DNA from: Pseudodesulfovibrio mercurii
GTDB lineage: Bacteria; Desulfobacterota; Desulfovibrionia; Desulfovibrionales; Desulfovibrionaceae
Reading direction: 5' to 3'
Assembly: GCF_000189295.2 (NCBI RefSeq)
Contig: NC_016803.1
Location: 1,200,001-1,232,000, forward strand
DNA: 32,000 nucleotides
In this document: in pieces, positions 24,598 through 31,998 of the stretch
Position numbering within the stretch: the first letter of the stretch is position 1
How the letters are laid out: every line of letters begins with the position of its first letter
Notes under the pieces: generated by a model
The model's input: the letters and a program-made list of their open reading frames with translations, nothing else
The model's database searches: none
What the model was told of the DNA's origin: nothing
Position numbers and translations under genes: made by a program

Positions 24598-25637
24598 TCG
24601 TCACGGTCCTGCTGGCCGTTCTCGCCGGACTCGGCGCGGGCGGGTACAGGTGGTACAAGGCGTGGCAGGAGGACAAGTTCCTGACCACCCCGCCCGAGAC
24701 CCCCGGCCGCGAAATCCTGTTCCGCGTGGAGCCGGGCCAGATATTCACCACCATCGCCGCCAACCTCAAGGCCGAGGGGCTGATCACCGACACCCGCCGC
24801 TTCTACGGCCTGGCCGTGCGCACGGGCAAGGGCTCGGCCGTGCGGGCGGGCGTGTTCCGGCTGTCCACGGGCTGGGTGCCGGAGCGCGTCCTGACCGAAC
24901 TGACCTCGTCCTCCGGCGTCCTGCGCCGGGTGTCCGTGCGCGAGGGGCTGACCTGGTGGCAGACCGGCGGGATCATCGAGGAGGCGGGCCTGGGCGACGC
25001 CAAGGGATTCGCCGCGGCCGTGGCCGACCCCGCGCTGCTGGCCGCCCACGGCATCGAGGCCCGCGACGCCGAGGGGTACCTCTTCCCCGAGACCTACCTG
25101 CTGACCCCGCCCAAGGACCACCCGTCGCGCCACATGGCCGAGGTCATGATCCGAGAATTCCTCAAGAACGCGCAGAAGGTCTGGCCGCAGGGGCTGCCGC
25201 CCTTCGAGGAGTTGCACAGGACCGTGATCCTGGCCTCCCTGGTGGAGAAGGAGACCGGCGACGTGACCGAGCGGGCGCGCATCGCCGGAGTGTTCCGCAA
25301 CCGGCTCAAAAAGCACATGCTCATGCAGTGCGACCCCACGGTCATCTACGGCCTGGGCCCGAACTTCGACGGCAACCTGAGGAAGAGCGACCTGCAGGAC
25401 CGGGACAACCCCTACAACACCTACGTGCACCCCGGCCTGCCGCCCGGCCCCATCTGCTCGCCCGGCCTGGATTCCCTCCTGGCCGCGGCCCATCCCGAGG
25501 AGCACGGGTATCTCTATTTCGTGGCCAAGGGCGACGGCTCGCACCAGTTCAGCAAGACCCTGGAGGAGCACAACCGGGCCGTGCGCCGGTACCAGATCCG
25601 GCGCGACCGCTCCAACTATCGTTCCACCAGGCAGTGA
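24570..25637 (+). CDS. mltG: Endolytic murein transglycosylase MltG (YceG)
   Basis: N-terminal TM helix. YceG motifs (..ASLVEKET.., ..VFRNRL.., ..LQCDPTVIYG.., ..YNTY...GLPPGPICSPG..). Overlaps ruvX by 28 nt, consistent with the conserved ruvX-mltG pair. Confidence 0.95.
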   Translation: MARFRRYILIVTVLLAVLAGLGAGGYRWYKAWQEDKFLTTPPETPGREILFRVEPGQIFTTIAANLKAEGLITDTRRFYGLAVRTGKGSAVRAGVFRLSTGWVPERVLTELTSSSGVLRRVSVREGLTWWQTGGIIEEAGLGDAKGFAAAVADPALLAAHGIEARDAEGYLFPETYLLTPPKDHPSRHMAEVMIREFLKNAQKVWPQGLPPFEELHRTVILASLVEKETGDVTERARIAGVFRNRLKKHMLMQCDPTVIYGLGPNFDGNLRKSDLQDRDNPYNTYVHPGLPPGPICSPGLDSLLAAAHPEEHGYLYFVAKGDGSHQFSKTLEEHNRAVRRYQIRRDRSNYRSTRQ

Positions 25638-25719
25638 CATGTCCTGTCTTGGCGTTGCGGGTCCTTCATTTTTTCTATAGGTTACACTGGTACGCGTGAT
25701 GGAGATATGGGGGAGTACA

Positions 25720-26748
25720 ATGCGGCCGAAATTGATCTACACACTGCTGGCGGGCCTGATCCTGTGCCTGTGCATGGTCTCGACGAGCCTTGCCCAGGAC
25801 GCCACCGTGGTCCGGCGCGCGGCCTTCGACATCGGCTCGGCGGCCATCAAATGCATCATCGCGGACGTGGACCTCTCCACCGGGCTCATCGTCAAGACCG
25901 TGGACACCCTGTCCGAAAAGGTCGATTTCGCCGAGGACCTGGCCCGCTCCTATGACGGCAACCTGAGCAAGGAAGTCATGGCCGAGGGCATCCAGACCCT
26001 GGAAAAGCTCAAGGCCGTGGCCGTGGAAAAGAACGCCCTGGAGTACTCCGCCGTGGGCGGCCGCATCTTCCAGAAGGCCCAGAACGGACGGGCGTACTTC
26101 GTGCGCATCCGCCAGGAGACGGGCATCCCCTCGCGGGTCATCTCCGAACAGCAGGCGGCCATGCTCAGCTACCACGCCGTGCGCCAGGAGCTGGACGACA
26201 AGACCGAGGACCTCCTGGTCTGGGACATCGGCGGCAACTCCATGCACATGACCATCCGCAAGCCGGACGGCGGGCTGCTCTTCTACATCGACCCCATGGC
26301 CTCGGTGGCCTGCAAGAACGTGGTCATCCGGACCATCCAGAAAAAGGACATCAACACCACGGCCAGCCCCAACCCGGTCAGCGCCGAGGAAGTGGCCCAG
26401 GCCCTGGCCTACATCCGGGCCCACGCGACCATCACCGTGCCCCGGTACATCGCCGACCAGGTCGCCCACCCGGGCCTGACCGTGGCCGGCATCGGCGGGG
26501 TCCACTACTATTCCGTGCCCGAGGTCCTGGGCGGGCGCAAGGCCGTCTACACCCGCGACGAGGTGGCCGCGGCCCTGAAAAAATGGACCGGCAAGTCCGA
26601 CAAGGACTTCGACAGCGAGTACGCCGAGAGCCGGTTGACCAACCTCATCCTGGTCCTGGGCTACATGGACGCCCTGGGCATCAAGGAAGTGCGCCCGCTG
26701 AAGATCAACCAGGCGGACGGGCTGTTCGCGGCCCGCGAGTTCTGGTAG
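25720..26748 (+). CDS. Ppx/GppA-family (ASKHA-fold) phosphatase-like protein with N-terminal signal peptide or anchor
   Basis: ATG at 25720 with GGGGGAG 4 nt upstream. The N-terminus MRPKLIYTLLAGLILCLCMVSTSLAQD has n/h/c regions. AAFDIGSAAIKCIIADV and LVWDIGGNSMHMT match the two ASKHA phosphate-binding motifs. Only ~340 aa, so no HD-type C-terminal domain. Confidence 0.7.
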   Translation: MRPKLIYTLLAGLILCLCMVSTSLAQDATVVRRAAFDIGSAAIKCIIADVDLSTGLIVKTVDTLSEKVDFAEDLARSYDGNLSKEVMAEGIQTLEKLKAVAVEKNALEYSAVGGRIFQKAQNGRAYFVRIRQETGIPSRVISEQQAAMLSYHAVRQELDDKTEDLLVWDIGGNSMHMTIRKPDGGLLFYIDPMASVACKNVVIRTIQKKDINTTASPNPVSAEEVAQALAYIRAHATITVPRYIADQVAHPGLTVAGIGGVHYYSVPEVLGGRKAVYTRDEVAAALKKWTGKSDKDFDSEYAESRLTNLILVLGYMDALGIKEVRPLKINQADGLFAAREFW

Positions 26749-26755
26749 GCCGCGC

Positions 26756-27604
26756 CTAACGCAGGGGCGCTCCCAACCTGTCCGCCCAGTCGGGCGCGTC
26801 CAGGTCGCCGGGCAGGTAGATGTACCCGGCCCTCCCCGTTATCCGTTCCCGCCTGACCGGCCCGAGCCAGCGAGAATCGTAGCTGTCCTCGCGGTTGTCG
26901 CCCATGAGGAAATATTCGTCCGGCCCCAGGACGACCGGCCCGAAGGTGTCGCGCAGGGGCAGGAAATCCTCCTTGGAGTGGAACACGTAGGGCTCGTTCA
27001 GGGGCGTGCCGTCGATGAAGACCTTCCGCTCCCGGATCTCCACGGTCTCGCCGGGCAGCCCCACCACCCGCTTGACGAAGTCGCGCCCATTGGTCTCGGG
27101 CAGGGAGAAAATCACGATCTCGCCCCGCTCAAGCGCGTCGCCGGGCTCCAGGACCTCGACCATGAAGTGGTCGCCCACCCGGATGGTCGGCAGCATGGAC
27201 GCGGACGGCACCTGGTAGGCCATGAAGAACCAGCCCTTGACGATCTGTTCGAAGACCGCGCCCGAGCCCAGGCTGACGGCCAGGCAGAGAAGGTAGACCC
27301 ACCACCGGTTGCACGGCTTGAGGGTGTAGCCGGAAAGCCTGCGCGCCGTGGCGAAGGCCTCGCCCGCCGCGAACAGGTTGTAGCCGAGCAGGATGGACAC
27401 GCACAGCAGCATGGCCGCGAAATCCGCCCAGAACAGGATCATGAACAGGGCCAGGATGATCTCGGCCACGTAGAAGCCCACGCCCTTGCGCCACTGGCCG
27501 TTGTAGACCTGGCCCAAGCCCACGGCCACCAGGGAAAGGACCATGGCCAGCCACGGGTTGCGGGGCTTTTCGCGTAGCGCGTTCAGGGGTTGCGTCTCGG
27601 CCAT
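26756..27604 (-). CDS. lepB: Signal peptidase I with extended multi-TM N-terminal region
   Basis: GGGAGGA lies 7 nt upstream of the ATG. Catalytic Ser box PSASMLPT, Lys box KRVVGLPGE and GDNREDSYDSRWLG are all present. The first ~125 aa contain several hydrophobic segments, including GLGQVYNGQWRKG. Confidence 0.9.
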   Translation of the reverse strand: MAETQPLNALREKPRNPWLAMVLSLVAVGLGQVYNGQWRKGVGFYVAEIILALFMILFWADFAAMLLCVSILLGYNLFAAGEAFATARRLSGYTLKPCNRWWVYLLCLAVSLGSGAVFEQIVKGWFFMAYQVPSASMLPTIRVGDHFMVEVLEPGDALERGEIVIFSLPETNGRDFVKRVVGLPGETVEIRERKVFIDGTPLNEPYVFHSKEDFLPLRDTFGPVVLGPDEYFLMGDNREDSYDSRWLGPVRRERITGRAGYIYLPGDLDAPDWADRLGAPLR

Positions 27605-27620
27605 GCCGTCATCCTCCCGG

Positions 27621-28739
27621 TCAGTCGCTGACCAGCTTGTGCAGTTTGTCCCCGACCTTGAGCCCGTGGCCCGTGAACATGGTCACCACGACCTCGTCAC
27701 GGGGCGCGGTCCGGACGTATTCGGCGGCCCCGGCCGCCACCGCCGCAGAGGTGGGCTCGATGCAGAACCCCTTGCGCCCCATGTCGCGGAAGGCCGCCAG
27801 GATGGCCTCCTCGGACACGGCCAGGCAGACGCCGCCCGTGTCGCGCACGGCCCGGAGCATCTGCTCGCCGCGCATGGGCAGGGCGATGGCGATGCCCTCG
27901 GCCAGGGTCGGTTCGGAGGACGCCTGGGCCACCGTGGCCGCGCCCGCCTCAAAGGCCGCGCAGAGCGGTGCGCAGCGGGCGGACTGCACGGCCACCAGTT
28001 TGGGCACGCGGTCGATGAGCCCCATGGCCTTCAACTCGGTGAAGCCGATGTGCGCCCCGAGCAGCAGGGTGCCGTTCCCGGCGGGCAGGACCACGGTGTC
28101 CGGCGCGCGCCAGCCGAGCTGTTCGACGACTTCAAAGGCGAAGGTCTTGGTGCCGTGAAAGAAGAACGGGTTGTACACGTGGCTGGCGTAGTAGCGGTCC
28201 TCGGCCGCGGCCATGCAGGCGGCGGCCGTGTCCTCGCGGGTGCCGGGCACGGGGTTGAGCTCGGCCCCGTAGAGTTCGATCTGGCCGAGCTTGCCCGGCG
28301 AGTTGTCGGCGGGCACGAAGATGCGGCAGCGGATGCCCGCCTTGGCCGCGAAGGCCGCCACGGCGCAGCCCGCGTTGCCGGACGAGTCCTCGACCACGTC
28401 GGTCACGCCGATGTGCGCGGCCATGGCCATCATGACCGCCGCGCCCCGGTCCTTGTACGAGCCGGTGGGGAAGAGCTGCTCCTGCTTGACCAGCACGTTG
28501 CGCCCGCCCAGGTCCACCTCGAGCATGGGGGTGAACCCCTCGCCCAGGGTCAGCTCCGCGCCCTCGGGCACGGGCAGCGCCTCGCGGTAGCGCCACAGGG
28601 TGGCGGGCCGCCCGGCCACCTCGGCCGGGTCCAGGCGCGGAGAAAATTCCAGGTCCAGCAGCCCGCCGCAGTCGCAGCGCCAGCGCGGAACCATGACGTC
28701 GAAGGCCAGGCCGCAGTCGCGGCAGACGAACCGGGTCAT
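27621..28739 (-). CDS. Threonine-synthase-family PLP-dependent enzyme with N-terminal zinc-ribbon
   Basis: ATG at 28739 (MTRFVCRDCGLAFDVMVPRWRCDCGG...). The PLP-lysine motif is FPTGSYKDRG, with ..DSSGNAG.. and ..PAGNGTLL.. The first 122 codons of listed ORF 27621..29105 are shadow sequence over the upstream gene. Confidence 0.8.
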   Translation of the reverse strand: MTRFVCRDCGLAFDVMVPRWRCDCGGLLDLEFSPRLDPAEVAGRPATLWRYREALPVPEGAELTLGEGFTPMLEVDLGGRNVLVKQEQLFPTGSYKDRGAAVMMAMAAHIGVTDVVEDSSGNAGCAVAAFAAKAGIRCRIFVPADNSPGKLGQIELYGAELNPVPGTREDTAAACMAAAEDRYYASHVYNPFFFHGTKTFAFEVVEQLGWRAPDTVVLPAGNGTLLLGAHIGFTELKAMGLIDRVPKLVAVQSARCAPLCAAFEAGAATVAQASSEPTLAEGIAIALPMRGEQMLRAVRDTGGVCLAVSEEAILAAFRDMGRKGFCIEPTSAAVAAGAAEYVRTAPRDEVVVTMFTGHGLKVGDKLHKLVSD

Positions 28740-29128
28740 GCGCTCGCCCCCTCGTCCACGGCGGCCACGCACTCGATCTCCACCAGGAAGCCGTGGTGCA
28801 GGTCGCGGGTCGGAACCACGGCCCTGGCGGGCTTGTGGCTGCCGAAGAACTCGGCGTAGACCGCGTTGACCCGGTCCCACAGGCCGATGTCCGCGACGTA
28901 ACAGGTGCACTTGAGCACCCGTTGGCGGGTGGTCCCGGCGGCGCGCAGGACCGCGTCCACGTTGGCCAGGGCCTGCCGGGTCTGCTCCTCGACGTCGCCG
29001 AGCAGCTTCTCGCCCGAGGCCGGATCCACGGGGAGCATGCCCGAGACCCAGACCAGGCCGCCGTGCGCGACGCCCTGGGAATAATGCCCCGCCGGGGGCG
29101 GACAATCCGGGGTGGATACGTACTTCAT
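28736..29128 (-). CDS. RidA/YjgF/TdcF-family reactive-intermediate deaminase
   Basis: ATG at 29128 with AGGAG 5 nt upstream. PPAGHYSQGV..LVWVSGMLP.. and ..RAVVPTRDLHHGFLVEIECVA are typical of RidA. Its stop overlaps the next gene's start (ATGA at 28736-28739). Confidence 0.85.
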   Translation of the reverse strand: MKYVSTPDCPPPAGHYSQGVAHGGLVWVSGMLPVDPASGEKLLGDVEEQTRQALANVDAVLRAAGTTRQRVLKCTCYVADIGLWDRVNAVYAEFFGSHKPARAVVPTRDLHHGFLVEIECVAAVDEGASA

Positions 29129-29146
29129 GGAGACTCCTTTTCTGAG

Positions 29147-29177
29147 GCCAACCGTGCCAGATTCCGACACGTTTGGC
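29147..29177 (-). other. Intergenic imperfect 12-bp stem-loop between the GT2 and RidA genes
   Basis: GCCAACCGTGCC (29147-29158) pairs with GACACGTTTGGC (29166-29177), with one mismatch and one G-U pair and a 7-nt loop. No U-tract follows. Confidence 0.3.
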
Positions 29178-29192
29178 TAGAAGGAGCCGAAA

Positions 29193-30212
29193 TCAGGCGG
29201 CCGGAATGTAGTCGCGGCCCAGGCGACAGCCGCGCGCCCCGAGAAAGGCGGCGATCTCCTCGCGCGCGCCCCTGCTGGCCACGTAGGGGAGGCAGAACCC
29301 CTCGCCCGGACCGGGGATGTCCATGCGATCCCGTACCGGGACGCCGTGGACCCGGTGGCCGATCTTGTTCGGGTCCACGTCGTAGTAGGCCGCGAACTCG
29401 ATGCCGTGCGCCCGGAGCAGGTCGGCGCGCTTGCGGGTGGTCCGCCCGGAGCCGAGGATGTGGACCACCGGGTGGTGCGGGTTGTTGCGCGCAAGCCAGC
29501 GGGCCAGGTACTCGGTCTTGATGCGGTAGAAGGCGTCCACGTCGTAGCGCGGGTGGGTGCGCGACAGCCGGTCCGGCAGGTCGTTCCAGACGAGCAGCTC
29601 GGCGTCCGCCTTGAGCATGCGGACCCCGCCCTCCAGCCAGCGCAGGAGCAGGTCGTAGTCCTCGGGAAAGTCGCCCTCACGGTAGGGGCCGTGCGTCTCC
29701 AGGCAGTCGCGCCGGAACATGATGGACGGGTTGGGCACCGGGAACTCCACGAACCGGTTCAGGCTGATGGCCTCGTGGGTCAGCAGGGTGTTGGTCCAGT
29801 CCACGTAGTGGGCGTACCCCCGGCAGCGGCTGCGGCTGCCGCCGAAGCGCACCCGGCAGCCCACCAGGCCGACCTCCGGGTGGTCGTCCAGAAGCCCGGC
29901 CTGGACCGCCAGACGGCCCGGCAGAGATTCGTCGTCGGCGTCCATACGGGCGATGTAGGTCCCCCGCGCCGCCTCGATGGCCGCGTTGGCCGCTCGGATG
30001 ACCCCGCCGTGGGGAATGGACAGGAAGCGGACGCGGGAATCCCGGCGCGCGTATTCGGCCAGGATTCCCGCAGTGTCGTCGCTTGAACCGTCGTCCACGG
30101 CCACCACCTCGAAGTCCGCGCCCTCCTGAGCCAGGAGCGAGTCGAGCGCTCCGGCCACGGTGTCCCCGCAGTCAAAGCAGGGCATGGTCACGGATATCCG
30201 GGGCGCGGCCAC
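29193..30212 (-). CDS. Family-2 glycosyltransferase with C-terminal Rossmann-like extension
   Basis: The start is reassigned to GTG at 30212, with AGGAGGG 8 nt upstream. This is required to include the conserved GT2 N-terminus (..RISVTMPCFDCGDTVAGALDSLLAQ..FEVVAVDDGSSDDT.. and the DxD-like RMDADD). The upstream part of listed ORF 29193..30467 overlaps the previous gene. The C-terminal ~100 aa (VVHILGSGRTTRKRADLL..) resemble a nucleotide/CoA-binding-like module. Confidence 0.8.
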   Translation of the reverse strand: MAAPRISVTMPCFDCGDTVAGALDSLLAQEGADFEVVAVDDGSSDDTAGILAEYARRDSRVRFLSIPHGGVIRAANAAIEAARGTYIARMDADDESLPGRLAVQAGLLDDHPEVGLVGCRVRFGGSRSRCRGYAHYVDWTNTLLTHEAISLNRFVEFPVPNPSIMFRRDCLETHGPYREGDFPEDYDLLLRWLEGGVRMLKADAELLVWNDLPDRLSRTHPRYDVDAFYRIKTEYLARWLARNNPHHPVVHILGSGRTTRKRADLLRAHGIEFAAYYDVDPNKIGHRVHGVPVRDRMDIPGPGEGFCLPYVASRGAREEIAAFLGARGCRLGRDYIPAA

Positions 30213-30216
30213 GGGA

Positions 30217-31134
30217 TCAGCCCTCCTGCGCCCGGCTTTCGGCCACGGCCGCCCGGATGCGGCAGACCGAGCAGATCTCGGCGCTGGTGGGCGAACCGCA
30301 TTCGGTGCACGGCGCGAGCACCGCCCCGGTCTCCTTCTCCTGGCGGGCGAAGGCCGGTTTGCCGTTCTTGAGGAAGGCCTGGTAGAACTGGAGCTTCTGG
30401 CCGGGGGAGCGGTGTTCCAGCTCGCCCCACAGCTCCTTGTGGCCGGTGAAGCTGGCCCCACCCGCATAGGGGCAGGGGTCGGAGTGGATCTCGATGCCCT
30501 TGAGAAAGGCGTAATTGGCGGTCTCGTACTCGCTCAGGCGGAACAGGGGCTTGACCTTGCGCACGAACCCCTCGGACGCGGGCAGGACCGGGCCCTGGTC
30601 GGACAGGTAGGCCGTGTCCCAGCGCAGGGTGTTGGCGAACAGACGGGCCACCTCGTCGTCCAGGTTGTGGCCCGTGGCCAGGACGTCGAAGCCCTCCTCC
30701 ACGGCGATGCGGTTGAAGTGGTGTCGCTTCATCTTGCCGCACACGGCGCAGACCGGGCGCTTGACGTACTTCTTCACGTCCGGGATGGGCAGCCCCCAGG
30801 CGGCCATCTCGAAGACGCGCAGGGGCAGGCCGTGCAACGTGCAGAAATCCTCGACCTTCCTGCGGGCCTTTTCCGAGGAGTTCGGGATGCCCAGGTCGAT
30901 GTGCAGGCCGGTGACGTCGTAGCCCTGGAGCTTGAGTTCGAGCATGAGCGCCAGGGAATCCTTGCCCCCGGACAGGGCCACCAGGATGCGGTCCTCATGG
31001 GTGAACATCTTTTCCCGGCGGATGGCCGTCTCCACCTGCTTGGTGAAGAAGAGCGGGTAGCAGTCCGCGCAGAAGCCGGAATGGTGGCTCGGCAGGGACA
31101 CGTGGGCCGTCTTGCGGCAGCGGGTGCATTTCAT
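30217..31134 (-). CDS. ttuA: TtuA/Ncs6-type PP-loop tRNA 2-thiolation enzyme (Fe-S dependent)
   Basis: ATG at 31134 (MKCTRCRK...). N-terminal CxxC..CxxC zinc finger and PP-loop SGGKDS. Cluster ligands CAVC plus a later PCPY Cys. C-terminal CTEC..CSVC zinc finger. The first 95 codons of listed ORF 30217..31419 are shadow sequence. Confidence 0.85.
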   Translation of the reverse strand: MKCTRCRKTAHVSLPSHHSGFCADCYPLFFTKQVETAIRREKMFTHEDRILVALSGGKDSLALMLELKLQGYDVTGLHIDLGIPNSSEKARRKVEDFCTLHGLPLRVFEMAAWGLPIPDVKKYVKRPVCAVCGKMKRHHFNRIAVEEGFDVLATGHNLDDEVARLFANTLRWDTAYLSDQGPVLPASEGFVRKVKPLFRLSEYETANYAFLKGIEIHSDPCPYAGGASFTGHKELWGELEHRSPGQKLQFYQAFLKNGKPAFARQEKETGAVLAPCTECGSPTSAEICSVCRIRAAVAESRAQEG

Positions 31135-31145
31135 ATGAGTACCCC

Positions 31146-31343
31146 CTACCCGGCCGACGTGACTTTGCGGACCAGGAGCTCGTCCCCGTGGACGAGACTG
31201 CGGTCCGGGGTGAGCAGTTCGCCCCTGCGGGCGACCAGGGCCATGGTGGGACGGAGCTGCAATTTGTTCAGCACGGCGAGCACCGAGCGCGTGTCGTTCA
31301 GCTCGATGCGCTTCCCGTCCGGTTCCAGATTGACAATGATCAT
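31146..31343 (-). CDS. ThiS/MoaD/TtuB-like ubiquitin-fold sulfur-carrier protein ending in Ala-Gly
   Basis: ATG at 31343 with AGGAG 5 nt upstream. 65 aa, MIIVNLEPDGKRIEL...GELLTPDRSLVHGDELLVRKVTSAG, with a beta-grasp carrier-like pattern. Its stop lies 11 nt upstream of the ttuA-like ATG. Confidence 0.75.
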   Translation of the reverse strand: MIIVNLEPDGKRIELNDTRSVLAVLNKLQLRPTMALVARRGELLTPDRSLVHGDELLVRKVTSAG

Positions 31344-31500
31344 GGGTTCTCCTTTGCCGCAGGCCATTTTGACGGCCAACGACCGGGGGGACAGTAGCCG
31401 GGATGGCGGCCGAGTTCAACCCCGCCCGGCCCGGTCCGCCGACCCGGTCCGCCGGTCCGGGCCAAATGATGATAATTCGCCATAAAATTCAAAACCGCTG

Positions 31501-31530
31501 TTGACCCTAAAGTGTTCTATCGCCTATGCT
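31501..31530 (+). promoter_or_regulatory. Candidate sigma70-type promoter for the receiver-domain gene
   Basis: TTGACC (31501-31506), an 18-nt spacer, then TATGCT (31525-31530). The RBS AGGAGGAAG is at 31551-31559. Confidence 0.35.
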
Positions 31531-31561
31531 CGTACCAAGGGCTAATTCCAAGGAGGAAGCC

Positions 31562-31933
31562 ATGAGCCAACCCAAAATTCTCGTAGTGGACGACGAAAAA
31601 CACATCCGCATGCTCTATCGGGAAGAACTGGAGGCGGACGGCTACAAGGTGGCCACGTCCGACGGCGAAGAGGACATCCTCGACGTCATCGCCAGGGAAA
31701 ATCCGACCATCGTCATTCTGGACATCAAGCTGGGCGTCAACCGTTCCGGCCTCGACCTGTTGCAGGAAATCCGCACCAAGGACCAGCAGATTCCGGTCAT
31801 ACTCTCGACGGCCTACGACTCCTTCCAGCACGATCTCAAATCCATCGCCGCGGACTATTACGTGGTCAAGTCCGTGGACCTGACCGAACTGAAGGACAAG
31901 GTCCGGATGGCCCTGAACAAGGCCGGCGCCTAG
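31562..31933 (+). CDS. Stand-alone CheY-like response-regulator receiver protein
   Basis: ATG at 31562 immediately after AGGAGGAAGC. Acidic pocket VVDDE, phospho-acceptor ILDIKL, LSTAYD and conserved Lys (VVKS). 123 aa with no output domain. Confidence 0.9.
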   Translation: MSQPKILVVDDEKHIRMLYREELEADGYKVATSDGEEDILDVIARENPTIVILDIKLGVNRSGLDLLQEIRTKDQQIPVILSTAYDSFQHDLKSIAADYYVVKSVDLTELKDKVRMALNKAGA

Positions 31934-31961
31934 CCGGACCATCCTCGACCGACCCGGAGAC

Positions 31962-31998
31962 GGACGCCTTACCACGCGGGAGGGCGTCCCGTTTTTTT
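31962..31998 (+). terminator. Rho-independent terminator downstream of the receiver gene
   Basis: Stem GGACGCC (31962-31968) / GGCGTCC (31983-31989), followed by CGTTTTTTT. Confidence 0.75.

Noticed and set aside
15663-31419. Long N-terminal extensions of listed ORFs: 15663..17093, 27621..29105, 29193..30467, 30217..31419, 8718..10460, 10081..11217, 5570..7627, 4157..5488, 220..858 and 2707..3588.
   Set aside because: The extensions overlap upstream genes or intergenic regions and are Arg/Pro/Gly-rich. Most internal starts are preceded by good Shine-Dalgarno sequences, and all match the expected family N-termini. The extensions merely reflect stop-codon scarcity.
31431-31460. Short direct repeats CCGGTCCGCC (31431-31440 and 31444-31453) and CCGGTCCGG (31452-31460) in the divergent thiS-like/receiver intergenic region.
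   Set aside because: These are very short, GC-rich, overlapping repeats compatible with chance or slippage. I cannot tie them to any operator-like symmetry or spacing pattern.
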